NCBI RefSeq assembly: GCF_006345805.1
Contig: NC_042997.1
Location: 168,020,001-168,084,000 of the forward strand
DNA: 64,000 nt
Reading direction: 5' to 3'
From: Octopus sinensis
Taxonomy: Eukaryota
Positions 14,101 to 26,212 of the stretch are shown piece after piece (within the stretch, counting starts at the first letter, position 1; each line of letters begins with the position of its first letter). Made by a program: the position numbers and the translations under genes. Below the pieces are notes generated by a model. That model was not told the DNA's origin. It saw only the letters and a program-made list of their open reading frames with translations, and made no database searches.

Positions 14101-17100
14101 CAACACAAGAGTAGGCAGAATGATTTAGTAGTGAAGCACTAAATTAATTGGAAACTAATGTGCTAAGAGGTCTGTAGTGATCACTTTTTAACACAATGAA
14201 TGTCCATTAGATGTTACTTAGTATAGTTCCTTTAGAAAAAAAAAAAAGGATAAAGATCCTTCTTGAGTCATATAGACTTATAGGGCCAGTTTTCCGGTTT
14301 CCATGGCATAAATATTGCCCCCTGGATAGGATACCAGTCCACCTCAGGATTATTCATTTTTGCCAGATGAGTGAGCTGGAACAACATGAAATGAAGTGCT
14401 TTGCTCAAGAACACAACATGTCACCCAGTTTAGGAATTGATCTTACAATCATGAGTCCAACATCCTAACCACTAAGCCATGCACCTCCACCTAGTTCTTT
14501 TATGACTCTGTAATGTCAAGGTCCTGTAAAAACTTTAAAGAAAGTCAAGCACGAAAAAAAAGTACAAAATTTACCTGAACCTGTTTTTTATTCATGAACT
14601 GTTTTGTAGTTTCATCTTGGAAAGGTTTGCCTAATAACTGTTTGACGTGGTATATTGTGTTCTTTGTGTTCCGTACATAGCCCTGCTTTGCAGCGAAACC
14701 AACAGCCTGAAACAAGGAAAGAAATATTTAAATGTAAAAGAATGTTCTTAATGATGTATTTTGTCACAGACTTTATCACATCCCTCTCATGACAAAGATG
14801 CACTGGTGAGTAATTGTTGCTGCTTGATATATAATCAAGTAATATCACAATATTTCATGGCTTGATGATTAACTGATGCTACTGTATTCTGTGAATTGAT
14901 GATTACCATATTTAATGGCCTATAAGATGCACAAATGCATAGGACACTTACCTGTATAACTTTATGTTATTACCGGTAATTATGAGCAATTTATTGCATC
15001 CACATTCGATATAAATATAAATATACCGTAGGCGATTGTTCACCAATAGATGGCAACATGCTTTGTAAACATACATACTGTTTTCAGCCTATATTGAGTG
15101 CATTGGACACATGGATTTTTAAAGCCATTTAAGGGTAAAATAGGTGTGTATTATAGGCCATCAAATACAGTAGATGAAATACAAAACAGATGTTGTATGT
15201 AAATAATTAAAGAACCAGCAAGACAATTTATATTATGATATAAGCATCACAAGCAATTTAATAATTGTTTTCTTGATGCCACAGATCAGTCTTAAAGTAA
15301 GTTAAAAAATTTTTAAATAAAGTTTTAGTATCTCATTTCAACTAGAACATATGAACAAATGATCAATGACTAAAAGACAGTAAGAAATTAGCAGTATACC
15401 ATGGAACAAATAATTCATCATATCATGATCTGTAATTCTATGAATTTTATCATATTTGTGAGTAGGGAATAAAAAGTTGTCTTACCATATCATGTTCTGT
15501 GAAAGCCACAAAACAAGGAGTGGTACGATCACCAAGATCATTTGCAACAACATCAACTCGTCCATCCTGAAAAAGTAAAATTTTTAAATGTTACAAAATT
15601 TCAAGTGCTAATTTAATTGTTTTTGCTTTTCGACAATAACAACAAATTTAAACAAAAAATATATCTAAATATTCCAAATCATGCTATTCACTTTCATTTG
15701 TATTTTATAAATGGCCTTCAGAAGATTGGGTATCCTCACTTTGGCTAATTACTTTTGCCAGCCAGCATTAGTTACATCCAGCTTCCTAAACTAAAAATGA
15801 ACAGAATATTTTCTCATTCATTTCTCTACCTTTCCCCACCTAGAAAATACAGATTCTATAAGAAGAGCCCTTACTCTTAAAACCCTAAAAGTGAAGCAAA
15901 AAATGATAGTTTCAAACTTATATTAACATAAATAAACCTTATCAGAGCTTCCTTAACATCAAACGAAAGGACAAACAGCAGTGATACAGCAAGAGAAAGT
16001 AGTCATCCTTTGGTTACAGATGTGAAGTAGACAAAATTTCCTGTCTTACTGCACCTGTTAATTTAGATAGAGATGGTAAAAGTTTTTGCTCTTCAGGTTT
16101 TCCTAAGAATCCTTTCTACATCACTGACAGTCAGTAGGTGTTGACAGGATAGATAGATAGATACAGCTAATCGATATCATCGGATAGATGTGACACAACA
16201 AATGTTGAACTAGACATTGTTGTCAGAAGTTTTTAGCGTTTCAAACTGGCCATATCTGGCCCAAATATTTTACCTGTTTTATGTTCAAACTGACCAGATA
16301 TGGCCTCTCACACCTACCCTACAATGTCATTCTAAAACTTAAACAATTACATCACGGAAATCTCAAATATATGAGACAATGCTTGATTAATTCAAAACCA
16401 TATGAATAAATAAACATCACATTTGTCAGAGTAATCTGAATGCTAAAAGGTTAAATCAACTCCTAAGAAAATGTTAATTCAGAGCAAGTTGAAAACAAAA
16501 TAGTCATGACAACAAAAAAAAAAACCCTGACATAGCCTTTGATTGATTCAATGTCACATCCACACTTCTCTCATCAAATTCACGTTTATTTTTCAAATGA
16601 GAAACAAATGATTAAATACTACGCCCTAAGACAATGTACTTTGTAACATAGATGAGATGCCCCACCACTGGCTCATGATTAGAAATACCACTTGAATATT
16701 TCATTTGTTCATCAAACAGAACTCACAAGAATATATGATAGTAACCTACTATCTCAGCCATCTACATAACATTGTTATTCCTCTGGTTTATTGTTGGGAT
16801 TAAAAAGTCACTAATTTTCTTGTTATTCTTTAGTGTTTGAACTGGCCATATCTGGCCCAAATATCCTATCAATTCTACCAATGTTCAAACCAGCTAGATC
16901 TGGCCTCTCACATCTGCCATACAATGTTACTGTAAAAATAAATAATCATATCATCAAATGTCAAGACCATGAGATAATGCACGATAAATTCAGAACAATA
17001 TGAATACATAAGCATTACATTTGATAGAGTCATCATCATCATTGTTCGACCGTGGTCGAGACAATGGAATTTATCATGCTACGCCAGACTTCATGGTCCA

Positions 17101-17850
17101 TCATAGCATTACGGAGGTCCTGTTGCTGGATGCCTGTATCCCTGGAGATTACATCAGGGTAGGAGAGTGTGTGCCCTCTGGTATCGCGAGTAGATGGCTT
17201 CCAGAGAAGAACTCTTGATAGAGTAATCTGAATGCTAAAAGGTTAAATTAGAGATAATGTTGCTAAATTAAATACAGAAACTATGTTAGAGATATATGAG
17301 AGTAAGTAATGGAAAGAAAGCCTAACACCGAAAGCAAGTAGAAACCCATCAATACAGGGCTTGTTATAAAGGATGTTGTTGCGAGAAATACAAATAAATT
17401 CATGTTGTTGAAACACAAAACTTTTGCAAAGCAAAAACAAAAAAAATGCTTTGTGTGGTTAAATCTAATACTCTTTTACTGGTTTCAGTCATTTGACTGT
17501 GGCCATGCTGGAGCACTACCTTTAGTCGAGCAAATCGATTCCAGGACTTATTCTTTGTAAGCCTAGTACTTATTCTATCGGTCTCTTTTGCCGAACCGCT
17601 AAGTTACGGGGGATGTAAACACACCAGAATCGGTTGTCAAGCAATGTTGCGGGGACAAACACAGACACACAAACATATACACTCACATACATATATATAT
17701 ATATGTATAAAAATTATATATAAAAAATACAAAATGGGACAAGAACGCAAAGAACACAAAGAGACGACACAAAGAACGGACGGGTCATTCGAAGCCTCTA
17801 ATCTTCAGTCGGGAACCGGATCGTCCTAGCAAATTTCGGCTAATTAATCC

Positions 17851-17886
<36 letters not shown>

Positions 17887-20800
17887 TATATGACGGGCTT
17901 CTTTCAGTTTCCATCTACCAAATCCACTCACAAGGCTTTGGCCGGTCCGAGGCTATAGTAAAAGACATTTGCCTAAGGTGCCATGCAGTGGGACTGAACC
18001 CGGAACCATGTGGTTAGTAAGCAAGCTACTTACCACACAGCCACTCCTAATGTTGATTTCTACTCAATTCCTGGTAGAAAAGGTGTCATCAAAGATTAAC
18101 TATTGCTACATAGATCATCTTTTGTCAGTATGAAAGCAGTGGTTCCTAACAATGAGATTGATGAAAAATTATCACCGGAAAGATTGTAATTTTTGTATGT
18201 CATTCAAGATAGAAAAGCCTTTCATGACAAAAAAAGTAGTGTTAACAGATATCTGCAAGAAATGTAAGTTTACTGCCATAATTATTTATGAAAGTATACA
18301 CTTTACAGTTGTGAAAATTTCAATTACAGTTGAGAGATACAAGATTGATTTGTAACGTAAATAAAAATTGCATCACTTTCTGACTCCCCCACATACATTA
18401 ATTTGAATAAGTATGAGGTCATAAATGTACAGTTATATACTTTAGTTGTTGGAAATGAAATGGTTCTTGGTTTTCAGTGTCAAATCTACACTGTGAGAAC
18501 GAAACTTCTTTAGACAATATTACTGGATTTGCAAGATAAATGTTCACAAGTGGGCTCTAGACATTACTGAAAGATGATATGCCTCCTGTTTTGTTAAAAG
18601 TGCATCTGTCATTCTCTCACTCTTTGTACTGGCCATGTTAGCAGCATATTGTTGTTGGGTTTCAAGGTTTTCTTAAAAGATTTAACACCTTACTTTCTTC
18701 AAAGCAGAGAAAAACAATTTATTCAGAAAGATATTGCAACAACTTGTCATAAAATACCTAAACTCGCACAAAAAAAAAGGTGGCTTTCTTCAGAAAGTTA
18801 TTACAGTGATATTACAGAGTATTTGTAAATACAAAGTGAATGGGAAGCTGACAAAAGTTGATGGTGCCAGGAAAATTTATAACTGCAGAGCCAAGCACAT
18901 GCTACTTTTCCTTTTATATAAGAGTTTCCTGGATATTGAATTCCAGTCCGAGTATTTCAGGTTGCATTTTCTATATTCATCCAAGTATTGAGTAACTATA
19001 AAAACAATGGTGTAACCTCAGAGGAAAAGCAACAACAAATTTAATTAATAAACTTTTTAATGATTTAAAACAGACTGTCCAAAATTCCAAGCAGATCTTT
19101 ATATTCAAATAAGAGAAAGGTTTCTTTTCAATGGTGGAATTACTGCTAATCTAAAGGTATTTTACCCAAATGTAGCTCACAATTTCAGCGGATCTCCTAC
19201 ATTTACTATTCCAGTAGCTGTTTGTTCATTCCCCCTCCACTTAACCAAAACAGACTAAATCTAAATGATATGATGATCAGTAGATGAGTAATTATTTAAC
19301 AACAAACCATTATTATTAGTCAAATTAAACAAATAATCAATTAGTAAGTTGGATATTTAACCAACTGACTAATTATAAAGAAGTGAAATTGAACCAGTGC
19401 GTGTGTTAATAACACTGGCATAATGACTCTCCCTAGGCACAACTAAATGTGTTTCAACACACGAATTCACATAAAGAATCTTGCACACCAGATACGAAAA
19501 CGAAATTAACTGATCACTATGGATAATATTCCAGAATATTATTACAAGTTAGAAACGTCATTTCACAATGTAAATTATGGATACTGTGGTAAACTGCATG
19601 CTTAAAGTAAAACCATATGACTTGTAATCAAATTTAATGAGTAATCTTGCCACATTAGTTAGCATGCTTTGAAAGAATACGCTCACAAATGAAGGGTGTC
19701 AAAACAAAAAATACTAATTCTTTAAAAGCAGAGCATGTAATATATAATTATTTGCTAGCAATGATATAGAATGCAATATGTGGCAGGCCAGAAAAGAATT
19801 AGTGAAGAACTTGGAAGAAGAAGCTGAAAATAAAAGATAGTTGGAAAGAATTTTGAAAGGAAAAAGAACAGAACAAATTGTTTACTCTACTAAGAGAAAA
19901 TTGAAGAAGGATGGGAAGTAAATACAGTTATACTAGATGTCTTCTTAAACTTTGTATTACTGTAAGGATGGTGGGGGGACGGTCCTTCGACATGGGGTTT
20001 TCCTGCCCGCCTGATCTGGAGTTTCCTTAAAATTTCATCGGGTAACCCTGCTGCAAAGTAGCATGTTGCAGAGCCCTCAATGTAAATTCAGGACTTGGTT
20101 TAAAAGACTGGATTAAAGAGTAATGTCCACTAAATAAATGAAGACATTTAAGACCAAAACTAATATCTCTTAATAAAAATTTGAGGCTATATTTTATCGG
20201 CCTCGGATAAATGAAGGTACTATTTAAGAAGTGTGGTCCCGGTCCGAGCACTCGCGCATCCACGCTAGCTAGTAGTCCTACAATGACTACCTCTCCTATA
20301 AAAAAAAACCTATTTGTTTAAAAAAAAAAACATCTATGTTATGATGGGGGTACCAAACTTTTATCTAATAACTTTCAACTGAATTTGTACGAACGTTTGT
20401 TATAGGATAGGTAGTCGTTGTAGGATCGACTAGTCACGACTAGGTAGCGTGGAGCCCGAGTGCGCGCACTCTTCTTAAATAGTACCAATAATGAATAGGA
20501 GTGGCTGTGTGGTAAGTAGCTTGCTAACCAACCACATGGTTCCGGGTTCAGTCCCACTGCGTGGCATCTTGGGCAAGTGTCTTCTGCTATAGCCCCGGGC
20601 CGACCAATGCCTTGTGAGTGGATTTGGTAGACGGAAACTGAAAGAAGCCTGTCGTATATATATATATATATATGTATGTATGTGTGTCTGTACCCCTAGC
20701 ATTGCATGACAGCCGATGCTGGTGTGTTTACGTCCCCGTCACTTAGCGGTTCGGCAACAGAGACCGATAGAATAAGTACTGGGCTTACAAAGAATAAGTC

Positions 20801-23800
20801 CCGGGGGTCGAGTTGCTCGACTAAAGGCGGTGCTCCAGCATGGCCGCAGTCAAATGACTGAAACATGTAAAGAGAGTAAAGAGAGTAATGTCGATTCCTA
20901 GTAAGACTCACAAACAGTCACCATTTCGACCACCCGTCCCACCCAAATAAATATTTCAACTAACTATCACTACTAGGCTTTGCAAAATAATAATCGGTAA
21001 TGTTATGATCAAAATCCTGTATAATTCCAAAAGGGAGGCGGGGGAGCTAAGACCATATCGAAGCACTTTTATATTCGACAACGTAAATCACCGTCAATTT
21101 ATAGTTAACGTATTTACTCAAAAGTACAGTAAGTGCGTTCACGTGACCTGTTTGTTTAGAGATGTTATGTAAACAAACGCACGTTATGAATTCAGTGGTA
21201 CGCTTTCAGACATACTTAACCCTTTCGTTACCGTATTTCTGTTGAGATGCTCTGAGTTTCTTTCAATTACTTTCAATGTAACAAAGAATTTAGTAAATAA
21301 CTTAGTTACCATTCAGCCAGTGTTAGGAACATAAATAGTGACTAAGATTTGGTGGAAGATTTTAATTCAAAACTGATGAAAACAAGACATTTGTACTCAG
21401 AGCCAGAGCCGGTTTCAGCCGGGTTAGAGGCGTTTTTACTTCTGTTTTCCTTTAAAGAAACCCTTAATGTTTGTTAGTGAAGGGTCTTATAGCAACTATA
21501 AATGTATAGGACAAAGGCATAAGCGGATGAATAAATACCTGTTAGAGATTAACAGCCATACCTCCCTACTTTAAACGGGGAGATATTTTTTTTCTTTATT
21601 TATTCTTTAATTTGTTTCAGTCATTTGACTGCGGCCATGCTGGAGCACCGCTTTTAGTCGAACAAATCGACCCCAGGATTTATTCTTTGTAAGCCTAGTA
21701 CTTATTCTATCAGTCTCTTTTGCTGAACTGCTAAGTTACGGGGACGTAAACACACCAGCATCGGTTGTCAAGCGATGTTGGGGGGGGGGGCAAACACAGA
21801 AACACAAACATATACACATATATATATATATGTATATATATATACGATGGGCTTTTTTCAGATTCCGTCTACCCCATCCACTCACAAGGCTTTGGTTGGC
21901 CCAAGGCTATAGTAGAAGACACTTGCCCAAAGTGCTACGCAGTGGGACTGAACCCAGAACCATGTGGTTGGTAAGCAAGCTACTTACCACACAGCCACTC
22001 CAATGCCTATACTGAATATATATTCATCCTCATCATCATTTAACATCCACATTTCCATGCTTGCAAGTTTCAGACGGAATTTGTTGAGGTAGATTTTCTA
22101 CATCTAGATACCCTTCGTGTCATGAACCTTCACCAGTTTCCAAGTAAGGTTAAATTTCCCCATAGTCAGACATGCTTTTTCATGGAAGACTGAACAACAT
22201 GGCTTGTATGATGATGATGCTCATTTACAACCACCACGTAGTATCTAAACAAAGGGTCCATACAAACACATGACAGCTTCTTTCAGTTCCCGTCTATCAA
22301 ATATTCTGACAATGCTTTGATCCGCCCCGGGACTATAGGAGAAGACACTTGCCCAAGATGCCGCACAATGAGACTGAATATATAAATACATAAAAAAAAA
22401 ATTATAGCGGACTGCGGTAACTACCTGTTAGAAGTGATAGAATGGGATCTGTACTAGGATTTGGTGAAGGTGCACCCAAAATTGTAGCTGAAGGTACCGA
22501 TGATATCACATAACACTGGGCGTTGATGCAAATGAATGTCGTAACAAGTTTTGCATGACAGAAATCACGAAATGTTAGAAACTACTGTATTATAGTGTGG
22601 ATAGATGGATAGTCTAACAACTACGTGGACATAAACTTTCGATTAACACCTGCACGATTTTCACTATTTACCCTTCGATACGTACTCGCACAACACCTTG
22701 CAGTCCACAGGAAATTTCGGTAACACTATTCGAGTGTGCATAGACAAAGCATTAAGAATACGAGTATAGGGAGGAAATAATTTGCTAGCGAAACATTAGC
22801 CCCGCCACACACACACATACCTGTCTCCGAAAAATAAATTTTTATGAGGCAGAAAAAACGTTAGAGAAACTTGATAGTTTTCATTATCACGTACGAAACA
22901 TTTAGGTTATGTGCATATTGTAACTAATTACATAAGCGTTTATCACGAGAGACAGCACTCACTAGAGGAGCTTGTAAGAGTGAAAAGGGCAGACCAACAA
23001 ACTGACATATTTAATACAAATTCCAATGGTTTTCAACTTTTTAAACTTGTCCAATACTATGAGGAAGAAATAAGAAGCAGGTGGATGCAAAATATTTTGT
23101 CACCACGTTAATACAAAAGAAGGTTGTTACATTAGCCCTAATTTTGGTGGTGGACCTAGTATTTGTCAGTTTCAGTACCATTACACTAAAACACAATCTC
23201 ATATATGCACAGATACACAGAGGACATTACTAAATCATAAAAATACTGATGCCAGGGATCACTAGGAAAAGAAATACCTCCTACTCAACTTACCAGTCCC
23301 AACAAGTGACAATGTATCTTGTAACAATGAAACAGGAGAAATTATCCAGATAAACCTGAATGTTAAAGTCTAAAAATTGAAATTATCCCAACAAGTGTCG
23401 AGGGAATGATGAAAAAAAAAAACAGGCAAAAACATAGCCAAATCCCAGGACTTAAATATGCACAACATACAGAAACTAGCACTACAAGACACAGCACATA
23501 CCTAAAATACACAAGTGAAAGCATGCAATAAAAATAAGACACCAGAAAAATAATAATTGCTTCTAGCATAGGCACAAGGCTTGAAATTTGGGAGAAGGGT
23601 TAGTTAGTACCATTAACTCCACTACTTGATAGGTACTTAATTTTATCAAGCCTGAAATGATGAAAGGCAATGCTGACCTTAGCAGGATGTAACCTCAAAA
23701 CAAAGAGCTAGAACAGATACTGCAAATCATTTTAACTAAAGCTTTAATGATTCTGTCAACTCACTGCAATAGGAATAATAGTAATGCTTTGTAATTTTGG

Positions 23801-26171
23801 TACAAGGCTAGCAATTTTGAGAAGAAGTTACATCACCCTCTAGCACTTGACTGGTACTTCATTTTATTGAACACAAAAGGTGATAAAGTTGACCTTGGAG
23901 GATTTGAACTCAGAATATAAAGAGCTGGGAAAAATGCCACTAAATATTTTGTCTGATGCAATTCAGCCAGCTTAATAATAAGCTTTCTACTAAAGGTACA
24001 AAGCATGAAATTTGGGGAGAGGGGGCTAGTTGATTAATACCTAATGAATTGGAAGAAATGCCACTTAGTATTTTGTTTGGTGTGCTAACAATTCTACCAG
24101 CTTGACGCCCAGAAAATAATAATTCTTTCTGATTTTGGCACAAGACCAGCAATTTTGAGAGTAGGGGTCAATTGATTACACTGACCCCAATACTTGACTG
24201 GTAGTTTGTTTTATCAACCCCTTAGTGATGGAAGGCAAAGTTGATTTAGATGGGATTTGAACACTAATAATGATAAAGAAAAAATGTGAACTATAATTAG
24301 TATACTCAATTTACTTGTTATGTGGGGGAAAAAAACAGAAATTTGAACACTAGGTCAATTTTGCAACCCTCCTGCCCATACACTTTCAGTAGAAGCTTTA
24401 ATGAGAACTTCATGTCAGCATCAAAATATTGCTGATGAAGACTGGATTACAATTCAGGAACCTAAGAGATCCAAAAACACAATGAATAATCATAGATATA
24501 ACCAGTTATAATAATGAAATTATTGTATACAGTGCTCAGGTGCACCACAACTTGTCAGAAAGTGTGTATAAAGTATATGCAGTAATGTACAAATGTCTGG
24601 AAAGCGAACAATGTATGAGTCAGATACATGCTTGTGTGTATGGAGGGGAGAAAATCAGGTGTAGTGTTGGCATTGTGAACATAATGTGAAAATTATGACA
24701 CTATGTGGGACATAAAACAACACTCAAACGATATGAAGTTTGCTGCAGGTGTCCATGAAGAAATGATAGAATTGTGCTTAAAAGTAGAAAAGGTTGTTGC
24801 TTATTTTTAACAGGGTGGTTTAAGGTCTCATCTCAAACTATGACAAATTCTTAGTCTGAACAACTTATCTGCATTGTAATATGCTGGATTATTTCAGGGG
24901 TTATCCCAGAACATAATCAAGCATGAGCTCAAAATTAATAGCAATTTAGGGTGGTCATCAATTATGTCAAGATCTAGCCATGGAATACTTTCCAAAAAAG
25001 CAAAACCTCTAGCAAATATGACAGACCAGAGGTTACTGTGGAAATTAACAAATATTTGTTTGTGCTTTGCACATATATTAGAAGAATTACAAGAGACCAG
25101 TATAACTTCAGAAGCTCGAAAGAAAAGACTTCATTATCCCAATGATTACAAAAGTGATGAAGCAATAATACTAGGACTATTCCAGGTCCAATCATTGGGT
25201 AGATTATGTGGACAATTTTAGCAATCATCATGGTATCATTAACCACTCAATATATGTACATCCAGTTTTGAGTCAGAGTAATCCAAATGTTAGTACATTT
25301 AATGTAATCTTCTGGTAAACTCAGCATTGGGTCTTTGAATGAGGGTACAGTTTAACAGATGGATTTTCAGTTTCCATCAAGCCAATTTTACTCACAGGCT
25401 TTGGTCTACACCTAAGGTTATGTAGGTGTTGACTAGTGAGACTGAAAAGGTTAAACTATTCAGCCATGTGTCTACAAGAGCCACTGAGGGAGCCTTTATT
25501 TGGTCACTCAACCTACTAATAATAGTAACTAAATCTTCAGATCACACCCTACTGACTTGAAAACAGGGAAGGACACATTTTATAACTTATTCTTAGATAC
25601 CCCTAAAGAGAAAATGTGGATGGGTAAAAGGCCTTTGACCAGTGGTGTGAACTAGAGCTAAACCACAACTTGCGTAAATTGTACTTTCCAGACCAGCTAT
25701 GTCTCATAAACTCTCACTATATATAATATACAATTGCAGTTACTATCATGAAGACAATGAAATTTTAGTTTTAACTGCCACTTATAACAAAAATAAAATA
25801 AATCTTTTATTATTGAGGAGTTAAACTAATTATGTAGATAAAATTTCGACAATTATTTTCTTCGTATAGTATTCCTTATTTTTTTTTTTCCAACCATGAA
25901 TAATTTGCAGTCTCTTTTGTAACACCTAGCAGTAATAATGATCCCCAACATAGATTTATTTCTAAATCGCTTCTTCGTTTCCATGATCCCATGAAAGTGA
26001 AAGTATAAAAGTGTTTGTTCGTCATGATGCTGACATAAGTTCCTTGTCTTTCCTGATGAGAAGACGGCATAATGCACCCTTTATTCCTTTGGAATTAAGA
26101 ATATGAAGTCTTTAAAACATATGTCGAGAATAAAGGAATTTTGTTAAATCGTCGTTCGACTCCATTCTTTC

Positions 26172-26212
<41 letters not shown>

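Noticed and set aside
20496-20570. tRNA gene-like A/B boxes in SINE heads (also 52817-52875)
   Set aside because: They do not fold into a full cloverleaf and continue into SINE bodies, so they are SINE promoters, not tRNA genes.
23560-24290. Regularly recurring motif blocks resembling a repeat-spacer array
   Set aside because: The units are long, degenerate SINE-B copies in a eukaryotic intron, with no constant repeat and unique spacers and no cas genes; not CRISPR.
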